Source of the DNA: Psammoneis japonica
Lineage: Eukaryota
NCBI GenBank assembly: GCA_008632985.1
Contig: QPGO01000307.1
Span: forward strand, 1 to 63,998
Direction: 5' to 3'
Length of the DNA: 63,998 bases
In this document: positions 12,533 to 24,695 of the stretch, in pieces
Layout: every line of letters begins with the position of its first letter
How positions within the stretch are numbered: position 1 is the stretch's first letter
Program-made: the position numbers and the translations under genes
Notes under the pieces: model-generated
Told to the model about the DNA's origin: nothing
Seen by the model: only the letters and a program-made list of their open reading frames with translations
Databases searched by the model: none

Positions 12533-13635
12533 TTTTTGTCTTTCTTCTTTCACATGATTTGGGCCAAATCCCCACTCAAGGAGTTGAGTCTCGGACACCA
12601 CACTTCTTTTAAAAGGATGCCAAGGGAGGGCACTGGGGGGTGGCAGCTGCGACTAACAAGATCTTGCATTTCGAGGAACCCCAAGCCACTCTGGCCACAG
12701 TTTTCTTGCACCAATTTCTCTGAGCATGCCACTTTGAGAAATTCAAAAGCTCAAATTGGCAACATGTCCAGGAGTGTGTGCGCGAGAGTTGCCGCTGCTG
12801 ATCTCCCACATCATGTGACTGGCCCTCAGCAACAAACCAGGACTGTCATCACAACAAAACACAAGAAGAAGCCATGCTCACAATGTGAAAGCAGGAGTGG
12901 AGCAGGTTGAATTGATGTGCCAAAAGTGGGAGCCAATTTTTTCAGCAATGTGGGATGTCCAAATGATGGTCAGAAAAGTGACAGGCCAATGTTGCACTTT
13001 TTGTTTCGCATGTCAGGGAAGGTGCTTGCAGAGTGGTCCACAGAAGGAGACTTCTGTCTGAAACCTTGTTGTTTTGAAGAGCTCAACTTGGCATTGAAAT
13101 TCTGCAACATGATGGTTTTGCATGGCAAAACTTGTGTTCCCTGCTGTGGCTCCTGGCTGTGGCCACAGCTTTGTTTTTCTGCTTTTGTCTTTGTTGTCAC
13201 TTTTGCATGAACACTTGTCTCGTGACTGTTGCCTGTTCTTTTTTCATTGCTGAAGAGCCCATGAGAATGTGTGGCAAGAAGCAACTTGTCACAATGACAT
13301 GATCTCAGTCCGCTGTCAAGTGGCTCACTGATTTGATCCCCTTTTGCTCTTGACTCAAAGCCTCCAACTTTGGAGCAAACACCTGGAAAATTCATGTGTG
13401 CACAGCCAACTCCAACTCTGAAACTGGTCCCAGCAAGGCTCCACTCACATCCATGGTGGCCTCCTCACTTCTCCCCAGCTTTTTCAATGTTGTGACTTCA
13501 GCACAGAGAACACTGGATTTGTCAACTTTTGGTGGTTTTGCTGCTTCAACACCAGTGGAAGAGAAATCGAGATTTCAGGCTCGCATCAGGAACGTGTGAG
13601 CCGATGCCGTTTCGGAAGCCCACTCTCATGGAATG
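12533..13635. other. TpA-depleted degenerate domain B (probable pseudogene/repeat relic)
   Basis: Only two TA seen in ~1.1 kb, CpG reduced, no intact recognisable ORF. Confidence 0.8.
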
Positions 13636-14023
13636 TAGTCAAGACTGTTTGTCAAGATTGGTGGAAGCGAAAGATCGAATTCAAGCCAGCAAGTGACACG
13701 TGAACGTGTTCAGATAAGATGGAAGCTGCTTCGGAAGTTGGTTTGGTTGCTTCAGCACCAGCGGAAGAGAAATTGACATTTTAGGCTCGCGTCAGGAACG
13801 TGTAAGCCGATGCCATTTCGGACACCAACTATCAATAAAATAAAAAATGACAAACCAGCCAATGCATTGTAATTTTCAGATTATCTTTTTGTTTTGCGTG
13901 TGCTAGAACTCTTGTTGACATCGTGGTAGCCCTTCTGCCGCTTGTGCTGCGAGAACTTTTCCTCCGAGGCCTACTCTAGCTAGAGATAATAGAGGCAGTA
14001 TTTCTAGTTTGAACAAAATACAG

Positions 14024-17000
14024 TTACGCTACTGGTTGTTCCGCAGTTTCTTCTGGTCTTACGAATGCATTGCCAGTAGTCTTCTCCCATGAAAAAATGG
14101 CTTCGTTGCATCGCTGACAAGCATCGGCGTGCATCAGACCGAGCTTTCCTACCTGCTCGTCATAAAACCAACAGCGTCCACACTTTGTTCCTTGGGCTTT
14201 CTTGACACCTACAACACATCCACTTAACGTGTCGGAGGAAGAAACATATTGCTCGTCACATGCTGCTGACACCTCCTCCGCACTATCCACCAGATTCACC
14301 TGGGAGAGCATGAGAGCTGTTCGCAAATCGTCCACACCGTTGGTCTTCTCCGGTGGGTGAATAAGATTCACATCAGGAGACAGCTTGTTAAGAACTTCAC
14401 GAGTATGTTCGTCTGGAGCGTACACGACAGCTGCTGCATCTAGTGACGCACCAACGAGTTTGTCGCTACGGGCCAACTCAAGCTTTTTGTTAATGTCATC
14501 ACGAAGGTCTCGCACCAACTGCCATTGATTCCCATCGTAGTCGGGGAAATCCATCAAGTGCGTGGGCCATCCACCCTCAAAGACACTCTCCGTATCCTTT
14601 TCGTATGGCAAATTTTGCCAAATATCTTCAGCCATGTGAGGCAGGATAGAGGCTATTCCCTTGGCAAATCCTTCCAAGCAAGCGTGCAGAACCGTTTGGC
14701 AGCTTCGTCGTCGGAAGTCATCAATGGACGAGATATACAATCTATCCTTGGCAACGTCAAGGTAAAAGTTGGAAAGATCTGCTGTCGCAAAACGCAATAG
14801 CTCATTGGTGGCTCTGCTGAACTGGAACTCGTCCGTGGCTTCGTCGACTTCCTTGAGAACCGCACTGAGTCTACCGAGCATCCACTTGTCCATTGATGGA
14901 AGCTCGTCATAAGGCACTGCGTTGCTATCGGGCTGTCCTTCTGGAACAAAGTCTGCCAAGTTTCCGATAAGGTATCGAGCAGTGTTCCGAAGCTTGCGGT
15001 AGCTTTCAAACGTTTGCTTGATAATGCTGTTTCCAATACAAACGTCGCCGGAGTAGTCCACAGAGGCAACCCATAATCTTAACACATCTGCCCCATAGGC
15101 TGGTTCTTGCTTCTTGTTGTTACCACCTTCAATGACTTTGAGTGGGTCAACCACGTTGCCAAGAGACTTGGACATTTTGTAGCCTTTCTCGTCCAACACA
15201 AAGCCGTGTGTCAGCACTGTCTTGTAAGGCGCCTTGTTGTTGGCAGCCACACTCGTCAAGAGACTGCTCTGAAACCAACCTCGATGCTGGTCACTACCCT
15301 CCAAGTAAATGTCTGCAGGGTACTCGAGTTCGTCTCGTGCATTCGCAACACCAGCCCAACTGGATCCAGAGTCAAACCACACGTCCATGGTATCTGTTCC
15401 TTTCTTCCACTTATCTGCTTGGTCCTTGTACATGTCTGGCAGCAAGTCTTTTTCATCCATGGTCCACCACGCGTCACTACCGTGCTCCGCAAACAACTTT
15501 TGGGTATGTTCTAGAGTATGCTCGTCTAGCAAGACTTCCTTACCAGTTTCCTTGTCGTAAAACACGGGAATGGGGACACCCCAGGATCGTTGGCGAGAAA
15601 TGCACCAATCGCCACGGCCCTCCACAAACGACGTGATTCGGTTCTTTCCCATCTCTGGCACCCAACGAACCTATTAAAGCAAACGAGAGTAGAACGACCC
15701 AAAAATGAGCTTTCCGGTAGGCGCGAAAATCCAATCTGTTCTGGTTTCTTTGGGCGTCAGGGTTAAAAAGCTCGATACATTTTAAGCAGCAGTCGTAGTG
15801 CTTACTACGCTCAGACCCTCAGGATAGAATGATTTTTTCGTCACTCGCCCGCATTTTTACATACAACCACACTGCACACTGAAACGGTGCACTTACCGTA
15901 TCAACAGCCTCCAGTGCGGCATCTCTGAATCCCTCCACACTAGCAAACCACTGATCGGTCGCACGAAAGATCGTTGGTTTCTTGGTACGCCAATCATATG
16001 GGTACTTGTGTCCATAGTCCTCCGCTTTCAAGAGAGCCCCGGTCTTTTCCAATGCATCGACAACAGCTTGGTTACCCTCTCCCAAGACTTTGAGTCCAGC
16101 AAATTCTTCTCCAGCTTCCTTTGTAAACACGCCCAAGTCATCCACGGGGCTGAGCAATTCCAAACCATTTTTCAAACCCGTCTGATAATCCTCCTGACCA
16201 TGTCCGGGAGCGGTGTGTACTAGACCTGTTCCTGATTCAGTTGTAATGTAGTCGCCCCCTGCCAAAACCGGTGACGTTCTGTCGTACAGAGGGTGGACGT
16301 AGTTCGTACCAATCAAGTCGTCTCCCTTTAGATTCGCCAGTACCTCAAACTTCTCTCCCTCTGGTAAGCCAAACTTTTCCTGAAACGAATAAGGGCAACA
16401 ATATATGTATTGTAAGATGAGAAGAAGACTCGATTGGCAAGACATGTTGCTACGAGTGCACATACCGCCAGCGATGACGCCAAGTCTGTAGCCACTAACA
16501 ACTTTCCAGTCTTCTCGTGGGTAACTACAGAGTATCCAAGATGAGGATTGATTGCAACGGCCAAGTTTGCAGGCATGGTCCACGGCGTGGTTGTCCAAAT
16601 GGCAACCTTGAGTGGCTCTTCCTCGGAATGGTATTCCGCAAGTGCCTCTGACGGGGTTGTAACTTCCATGGCAACATAGATACTTTTCGAAACATGTCCC
16701 TCAGGATACTCCAATTCAGCTTCAGCCAAGGCCGTTTTCGAACTCGGCGACCAATGCACAGGTTTGCGACCACGAAAAATGTAACCCTTCTTGTACATTT
16801 CACCAAAGACTCCAATCTGAGCCGCTTCAAAATCGGGTTGGAGTGTCAAGTAAGGATTCTCAAAATCCCCAATCACGCCATATCGTTTAAAGGACTCGGC
16901 CTGCTTTTCCACTGTTTCCATGGCAAACTTTGCCGCCCTTTCTCTTAATTTAATGGGCGTCAGTCCCTGCCGTTCCTTGGATTTCATTTTCTGAAGCACC

Positions 17001-17589
17001 TTCAATTCAATAGGCAGTCCGTGACAATCCCAACCGGGCACATAATGAACTTGTTTGCCTTTCAGAATGGCTTTGCGATTAATAAAATCCTTCAACAACT
17101 TGTTGAGCGCATGTCCAATGTGCAAATCACCATTGGCATAGGGCGGTCCATCGTGAAGAATAAACTTGTCTGTTCCGCGCTCGGCCGCTTGATCCGACAA
17201 TTTTTGATACAAATTGTAATCCTTCCAAAATTTCTGCAGTTCTGGTTCACGCTTTATCGCATTGGCCCGTTGACTGAAATCTGTTTCGGGAAGCAAAATG
17301 GTAGAAGCAAAGGCATTCTTGGGTTTCTTTTTTTGTTGTTGCTTGCCACCGCCTTTTCCTTTTCCTAGCAAAGAACAAATAGATAAAAACATGAATGAGG
17401 GATAAATATGCTTCAGATAGACAAAGATACAGTAAGATACTCACCTTGTGCTGCGAGAGACGTGGTTGTTGCCGTAACCGATCGAACTTGTCTCGCTATT
17501 GCGGTCCTTGGCGCTGTAAAACATGCCACCTTTCCTCCCAGCGACGCCATCACCGAGAGGAACACCATGATGGAGGGCTCAATTTTCAT
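14024..17589 (-). CDS. ileS: Isoleucine--tRNA ligase, organellar/bacterial type, 4 exons (17589-17445, 17364-16466, 16379-15897, 15670-14024)
   Basis: DGPPYANGDLHIGH, GWDCHGLPIE, WTTTPWT, GTGLVH, WCISRQRSWG, EGSDQHRGWF, KMSKS and a C-terminal CGRCW...CQRC zinc finger. GT-AG introns restore the frame. Confidence 0.96.
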
Positions 17590-18196
17590 TCTTCAAGCGA
17601 TTGTACAGGACCAACAGGAACAAAACAACCTCGATGAGAACAATAATGATGGGTAGGCTAGGGTGATTCAGAAAAAAAATGGTCCGTTCCGACAACGAAA
17701 TCCCAATCCCTTCGTCTGCGATGCATGATGATGTGTGAGATGCGATGCGCCGCGTGGTCGGTGTGCGTCAGTCCACGAAAACTCATGACCCATTTTCAAT
17801 TTCTACAGCGACGCAAGCAAACAACGGCTTCATGAGAGCTCAATACGACTGCGCAAAAGAGATCGTCATCGCTTAGCATATATCTTCATCTTGATCCATT
17901 TTTGGAATGGTCAGTAACTTGTACTGCATGTTTCTGACGAGATACGGCTTTTTGTTTGGCTTTCTCAGCCGCAGTTCGTCATGGTGTTCTGCGCACTCAG
18001 TATTTACTCAGCACCCGTGACTCACGTCACAATCGAGTCACGCATGCTGATGCCTCCGCTCACATTTTCTGTGTTTCTCTTTCTGATCTTTCGACTTGTT
18101 AACCGGATAGGTGCAAGTCAATGAATCATCTTGAATAAGGTTTCCCTGATATGTCAATGAACCAATGAAAGGGAGATCGACAAAGAATAGATAATC

Positions 18197-19183
18197 ATGG
18201 GTGATACCATGAAGAAGCAAGACAACCCGTTGTTGTCGAATGCTTCTTCTGTCCACGAAACGTCGGCATCCAACAGTGTTAGTCGTCAAGTTGTAAATTC
18301 TCTTTTAGCCGGATCCATGGCTGGAATTACATCGACGCTCATGGGACATCCCTTTGATGTGCTGAGAACCAAAATGCAGTCGCATGATACGACCGGGAGT
18401 AGTCGACAACAAGTGTTGAGTAGAACCATTCGTTTTGGTGGTGGAGTTCGGGCTCTGTATACTGGCTTGTCTCTTCCATTGGCGGCGCAAGCTGTTTACA
18501 AGGCAACGGTATTTACCGTAAACAAATCGTGTCAACAATTTCTGTTGAGTTGGCAAGGGCCTGACTATCAATTGTCACTCTTTGACTTTTTTGTTTGCGG
18601 TGCCATGGGTGGCGCTGTGAATGCGGCACTCTTTGTCACGCCCGTCGAGTTTGTACGCAACCAGCTGATTGCGCAGCATTCCAAATTAACTCATGACGCG
18701 GCTGCTGCAAAGAACACTTCTGTTTCGCCTCTGTCCCAATTGTCGAGTCCACGAGACGTGTTGCGCAACACGTTTGTTCGAGAAGGCCTGTCTGGATTGT
18801 GGCGTGGAGCAAGTGTAACTGTTGCTCGCGATTCTCTGGGCTGTGGTCTTTTCTTTTATGCCTTTCATTCTTCTCAGCAATTTTTACAAGACTCTTCCCA
18901 GAAACCAAAGTTTGGATATACGTTAATCTCCGGAGCGATTGCCGGATTAGGATTTTGGGTGGCGGCCCTGCCCCTCGACACGGTCAAGACGCTGGTTCAA
19001 AACGGATCAGCACCAACCGCTCGAGCAGTAATAAGAGACTCGCTTGAAACCGTGGGTTTCTGGCAAACCCTGTTGAGGTCTTGTCGTGGATGGCAATTTG
19101 CCTTTGGACGAGGTGCTCCCGCAGCAGCCGTTACCTTGGGTACCTATGATATTTGCTATCGAGCTCTGGAAAATGGACAATGA
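18197..19183 (+). CDS. Mitochondrial carrier (SLC25) family protein, paralog 1
   Basis: Three carrier signatures PFDVLRTKMQ, PVEFVRNQL and PLDTVKTLVQ, plus LYTG/LWRG motifs. Confidence 0.92.
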   Translation: MGDTMKKQDNPLLSNASSVHETSASNSVSRQVVNSLLAGSMAGITSTLMGHPFDVLRTKMQSHDTTGSSRQQVLSRTIRFGGGVRALYTGLSLPLAAQAVYKATVFTVNKSCQQFLLSWQGPDYQLSLFDFFVCGAMGGAVNAALFVTPVEFVRNQLIAQHSKLTHDAAAAKNTSVSPLSQLSSPRDVLRNTFVREGLSGLWRGASVTVARDSLGCGLFFYAFHSSQQFLQDSSQKPKFGYTLISGAIAGLGFWVAALPLDTVKTLVQNGSAPTARAVIRDSLETVGFWQTLLRSCRGWQFAFGRGAPAAAVTLGTYDICYRALENGQ

Positions 19184-19802
19184 CATGGCTACGTTGATCA
19201 TCGCAACTTATTGGGTCTAGTGATTGAAGATTGTCCTGTGGCACTTTCACGATTTTCAAGCGATTCCCAAAGTGAAGTCAGCTCGGACTAGCTACATGCA
19301 TTTGTTTGGACAGTCTCTTACTTGTAAGGCAACTTTCCGATTGTTGAATCCGGGAAACACCAGCTACAGTACTTCAATGGGTCAGATGACTAACAAGAGA
19401 TTGTCAGTGCTCCGACATGTCCCATAACATCGGTACGCGGAGCACCGCTCCTTCACAGAAACGACAAAGTGCAACTCACAGTAACTCTCACACAGCACCA
19501 CCTGTTAAACGAAATTTATAAGACCTCGTTTGGTCAGAACATTGACCTGTGTATGTGTTCGTCGCGGGGTTGCATGTAGGATGGCACCATCATAATTGGC
19601 CCGTGGACCCTTAGTTTGCGAATCAGTCCGAAGGGGTGCCTTCCTCTGCTCCTGCACGATGTGTTTGTTGTTTGGATGTTAAATCGACAGGAGTCTGGTG
19701 CTTGATGCGACATCCGTTAGTGAAGATTCCCCGAAACGTCTGTGTGAGCACATGTAGTTTTGTCACGGCTTTCCAAGGGACTCAAGCCTTCAGCCACATT
19801 TA

Positions 19803-21657
19803 TTCTTCCCCACCCACCCACCCACCAGGCTGAGATGGTGCCTTGGGTGCAAGGGTGTCATGGACAGAGGCCTTTGTTGCCCACCTCTTTCATTGTGTCC
19901 TTCTTGACCGATCGGGGCAAAACTCTGTTGCTCTTTTGCATTTTGCCACTGGGTCGTTTTCACTGGTGAGAATGAAGCAGCAGCACAGGGCACCCATGAT
20001 TGGAGAAGTTGTGTGCAGTGCATGGGACCCCGCCAACTTCCATTTGCACCCTCCTGGGCACCTCTGATTTTGACAGACTGGCGCAATCAAGATTTTCTGA
20101 GGAGGAGTGTGGAGCATTTTCTTTGCTGACAGCCAAAGCCACAGCTTGGGGGGTGGCAGGCCACAGCAAAAGGCAACCCCACCATGCCACAACCACACAC
20201 TGAGATCCCAAATGTCCAAATCAGAGAGGAGGCACACTTGTGTCACAGTTTTTTTGCTGTGTGTGTGCTCCCTTGCATGTTGTGCAATGCTTGACAATCA
20301 CTCATGCTGTGCAATGGCTGACCTGTCATGCAACTGACTGCCAGCAGCAGCCATTGAACAAAACAAGAAGCAGTGGTGCACAAGAGCAGAAGATGAGCAC
20401 CAGAGGCAAAGGTTTTGTGGAGATTTCAAAAAAACACTGAGAAAGAGCCCACATGGAGCAAAAGGAAGCAGTGAGAAAATTTGACCCAAAAAGTCAGTGA
20501 TGAAGCCATCAAGCAAAGAAAGGGAAGGGCAGGGGGCAATGACAAAGGCAAAAAGGAGGGTTGGCAAATGACGGCAAAACTGTGATTTGATGTTTGGCCA
20601 ACTTTGGTGGTGGTGCAGCCTGTGAAAAATTGGCAACTGTGTGTGCATCAGCTCCAAGAAGCAAATTGTGCCAATTGAAAGTGCCAAGAGCAAACAAAAA
20701 TGTCTGCACAGTCAAAAACAAAGAAAGGTGTGTGTGCAAAAACAGACTGGCAACAAACTGTGCAAGGATGCCAACCATCAGTCACTGAGAGCAAACTGCA
20801 ATTTAATGAAAAGATCAAAATTGCATGGACAGCACCAAATTTTTGTTGTGTGGGCAAAGTTGGCCCTCTGTTGACAGACAGCTGATTGTCAAGAAATGAT
20901 GAGAGATGTTTGGGGCGATGCGTGTGAGCAAATCGAGCAGTCAGAGACCTCATGGAATGTTGGGGGGCACTGATGTTGACCAGTTGCACACAGACGTGCA
21001 TGGCAAAAAACTGCTGCACATGAGTGTGTGCAGCACCTGATTTGGACATTTGGGGAGATGACCTTGAGATGTTGGAGGGAAAAACAGGGCCCCGCAGACT
21101 GTGCGCAGCTGTGGAGGCATTTTTCACTGCTGCTGCTGCTGTGCTGCTTGCATCTCTGCCTGCTTGCAAGCCAAAAGAGGGCTGGCACAGATGGGCTGCA
21201 AGCAACAATGACACATGCATGGCTCGCTGCCACTCACAGAGTTTGCACACCGGCGCTGTCCTCTCTCAACGCCCCAGGCTTGGATGCACGGCCAACTTTT
21301 GGAGCTCGCTGGAAGATGGTGTGCTGGTTGTGACTTGGAAAACAAAGTGTTGCATGCCATGGTGGTCACATGTCAGTGAGCTGTCTCAAAGCCACTTCAA
21401 AGTGGGTGTTTCCCTGTCGAGGTGTCACGGCCCTTGGCTGGCACTGACGAAAGACTCGCGCGCCACGCACACACCCCTTTCCCACCTGCTTGACCCAAAC
21501 CATCTCAACCATTGGATCGAAATGGTCACAGAGATCAATGCTGCTCAACTCAATGATGGTTCAGTTGAGAGAAACACACGCAGCCAGCCGCCGGCAGCCA
21601 CCGTGTTGGGAAACCATGTGGAATGAATCATTTTTTTCTTTTTTCCATCAGTGTGCT
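19803..21657. other. TpA-depleted degenerate domain C
   Basis: Essentially one TA (20804, in AATTTAAT) in ~1.85 kb. TG/CA-rich. Confidence 0.85.
20207..21054. mobile_element. Non-autonomous TIR element, ~850 bp, decayed
   Basis: CCCAAATGTCCAAATCAG ... CTGATTTGGACATTTGGG with imperfect inverted similarity extending ~65 bp. Flanked by GAGAT at 20202-20206 and 21055-21059. Confidence 0.78.
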
Positions 21658-21893
21658 GTACAGCACCTGGCTGGTGCGGTAAGTCAGTCACGGAATGAAA
21701 TCAGTCATTTGCAGTTTTGTCGATTTTACACATTTCACCGTATTACAAAGTCGCGGGTCATTTTTACGTGATCAACTTCCAGTCGCTTCCAGTCCCGCTT
21801 GAAACTCAACACCAAAAAATGCTTCCATCTTGTTGCACCTTTGAGGAGGTTTTCACCTCAGTTTCGAGCTTTGACTGTTCCTTATTCATCAGT

Positions 21894-23000
21894 ATGATGG
21901 TCTTCCTCATCTTGCTCTTCTCCTCCCTTCTGGCCTCGATAGCATCTGCCCAGCAGAAGTACATTCTACAAGCTGAGGATGCTCCACACGAAGCTACTTG
22001 GCTCAGTTGGCCTCATCACTATACTTACGGGAAACGCTATCGAAAAGAGATTGAGAAGACTTGGCTTCAAATGACTAAAGCCCTCGCGCAGAGCGAAAAA
22101 GTCTATATTGTGGCATACAAACGTCGAGAGCAACGTCGCATCACGAAACGACTAAGAAACAGCAAAATTCCACTTGAGAGCATCAATTTTGTGATACAAC
22201 CTACCGATGATACATGGATTCGTGACAACGGCCCAATGTTTGTTGCGAATGCAGAAACAGGTGCGCCGGCCATTATTGATTGGGGATTCAATGGATGGGG
22301 AGGGGATGCACCATATAGCACGGACGACAAGCTTCCGGAGGGCGTGTCGAAGCAACTGAACGGATTAGCTTATGAGAATCTCAACTCTGTTGTTATGGAA
22401 GGAGGGGCAATTGAAGTGGATGGTAAGGGTACAGTCTTGGCCACCAAGAGCTCCGTCTTGAAGAATGGGCGAAATTCGAGGCTTTCCAACTCTCAAGTGG
22501 AAGAAGCCATGATGAAGTACTTGGGTATTGAGAAGTTCATTTGGCTGGATGGAAGGTTTGGCGGTAAAGGGGATATCACGGACATGCACATTGATGGATT
22601 TGCCCGATTTGGGACGGTCGACACAATCGTCACCATGTCGCCTGCTGACCTCCGATACTGGCAACTATCCGAGTCGGATATCGACAAGCTAATGTCAGCC
22701 AGCGACAAAAACAACAAGCAATACAAGTTTGTCTACCTCCCCTTGACAAAGAGCAATGTCAAGACCACCTATGGGAAGAGCTTGGGCTACAAGGGTTCGT
22801 ATGTCAACTTTTATGTGGCCAACACGGTGGTCCTCATGCCAAGCTATAATGATCCTAACGACGGCATCGCACAGAGGCAACTGAAAGCTCTCTATCCAAA
22901 CAAGCGTGTGGTGAAAATTGACGTGCGCAATCTCTACAAAAATGGCGGCATGGTTCATTGCGTAACGATGCAGCAGCCCAAGGATCCTGGAATGCAATAA
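21894..23000 (+). CDS. aguA: Agmatine deiminase (PAD_porph family) with N-terminal signal peptide
   Basis: Motifs HEATWLSWP, DDTWIRDNGP, WGFNGWG, MEGGAI, TDMHIDG, SYVNFY and GGMVHCVTMQQP (catalytic Cys). Intronless, with hydrophobic leader MMVFLILLFSSLLASIASA. Confidence 0.92.
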   Translation: MMVFLILLFSSLLASIASAQQKYILQAEDAPHEATWLSWPHHYTYGKRYRKEIEKTWLQMTKALAQSEKVYIVAYKRREQRRITKRLRNSKIPLESINFVIQPTDDTWIRDNGPMFVANAETGAPAIIDWGFNGWGGDAPYSTDDKLPEGVSKQLNGLAYENLNSVVMEGGAIEVDGKGTVLATKSSVLKNGRNSRLSNSQVEEAMMKYLGIEKFIWLDGRFGGKGDITDMHIDGFARFGTVDTIVTMSPADLRYWQLSESDIDKLMSASDKNNKQYKFVYLPLTKSNVKTTYGKSLGYKGSYVNFYVANTVVLMPSYNDPNDGIAQRQLKALYPNKRVVKIDVRNLYKNGGMVHCVTMQQPKDPGMQ

Positions 23001-23196
23001 GCAATACCAGGTAATAGTCATATTCTGAGTAAGGCGGAGGTCAGTCTTTGCGATTGTCATGATTTCGTTCTTTCTTCTTCGTTGTGGTCAATTCCGAGCG
23101 CAAAACGCCTGCTCGCTCGTCATCTTATCGCTTTTTCGGATAATTCGTACGCAACTCTAGACTAGGTATGGTAGTAGTAGCAGTCGAGCCCAGAAG

Positions 23197-24216
23197 TTGG
23201 ACGACTTTAACCCATTTGGTCAACAAGCCTGGCTGAATACAACCTTCGCCGACTTGATACGATCAGACAGACGAGTATATATCAGTGGTCACATTCCTCC
23301 CATGCTTCAGTGCTTTCAAATTGCACTCGGGCGGTCGCTTGTCTATCCACAGCACGCAGAGCGGTATTACGACACAATTGCTCGCTATCAATATTCTGTA
23401 GTGGCGGGTCAAATCTTTGGTCACGTCCACACCAATGAGTTGAGGCATTTGCCACAAATGGACAACCACTATCCGCCAAAGGTGGTTTCAGGATCAATGT
23501 CGCCGTGTTGTCATTCAACGCCGTTTTATTCATTTGATAAAACACTTCCTATCCGACGAACCTTGTCACGCACAACACCGATTTAGATGATGCGAGCGAC
23601 AAAGATACAATCTTTCCTTTCAACCCATGTTTGAATCTTTGGTAGACTACTTTACTTGGGCATGGCCAAGCTGACGAACGGTCAGGTGGCCTGACTCTCG
23701 TCTCGATTGGCACTTTCGGCGGCGGCGGCTGAAGAGGAGGGCTCGACAAACAAAGGAAACCTATGGCAGAAATACTGGAATACGTGGCGCAAGGGCATGC
23801 CTCAGCCTGAATGTAATTCCCAATGCCAATTGCAGGGAGCGTGCGGAACTCACACCAACTTGTACGAGGGTTGCCTCTCCAGCAACAATCCAGAGTGCGT
23901 CCTTCTGGATGAAGCGTATGCTTTGACAAAGGCTTTATCTGAATGGCGTCAACCAAGTTTCGCTTGGATTGGAATTGTAGGTTTTGTTATATTCTTAATC
24001 TTTGTCTCATTCAAGGCTATGCGTACATGCCGGAGGCGGCGAAGCGGTCGGGTTCCACTTCCTGATATCGACGAGACTGTGATGGAAGCGTCAATCCCCA
24101 ACACGGAGATGAATGGCGGTCGCGGTCGTTGCATAGAGCAAAAGATCAGTCATGACGGTAGAGCGAGAATTACGAATGCTTCTCTCGAGTCCATTTTGGG
24201 GGGCTCAACTCTTTAG
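23197..24216 (+). pseudogene. Acid sphingomyelinase-like metallophosphoesterase, 5'-truncated and frame-broken
   Basis: DDFNPFGQQAWL, VYISGHIPP, GQIFGHVHTNE and SGSMSP motifs, then WQKYW...C...C...C and a TM helix in a separate ORF. The N-terminal metal-binding motifs and an ATG are missing. Confidence 0.72.
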
Positions 24217-24695
24217 GTATCATCTTGATCTGAAATAGAAAAATCTAGTTTTTCAACATCAATGCCCACTGCTTGAAGCTTTCGTTGGAATCCAGAAGGA
24301 GTGTTGAGAGTATGAACGTAGCGTGCGTTTTCATCTTGTCCGCAGCTGCTCTTTTCGCTTTTGACATAGGTGATGAGACCTTGCGTTTTGGATTTGTTCA
24401 TGGGCAGCACAACAATGTCATCGAGACGGTCTGGTAAACAGAGCCTCTGCTCGGCAAACATGGTTTGTACTCCAGCCCTCGTCAAGAATTCCGCTGGCGG
24501 CAATTTTGAAGCTGAATGATTGCGACACGTGTAGCGACCCGTGCAGTTCACAATAGGCTTCCAAGGATAGTAGCGATACAATTTCAACAGCTCTCCTCCA
24601 ATGGTTTCTTCCACATGCCCTTTGCTGCCTCCGACGGTTGCAATTGCTGCTGTTTCTGCATCACCTGCTTCAGCGTGCTCCGACCTTGTTCCCAT
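24213..24695 (-). CDS. Hypothetical protein (~160 aa)
   Basis: Globular-looking ORF (WKPIVNCTGRY, GLITYVK, YVHTLNTPSGFQRKL) with normal composition. Confidence 0.72.
   Translation of the reverse strand: MGTRSEHAEAGDAETAAIATVGGSKGHVEETIGGELLKLYRYYPWKPIVNCTGRYTCRNHSASKLPPAEFLTRAGVQTMFAEQRLCLPDRLDDIVVLPMNKSKTQGLITYVKSEKSSCGQDENARYVHTLNTPSGFQRKLQAVGIDVEKLDFSISDQDDT

Noticed and set aside
14525..15636. Antisense and alternate-frame ORFs over IleRS (likewise over ST13, ASCC3 and FDH)
   Set aside because: Shadows of genuine coding sequence.
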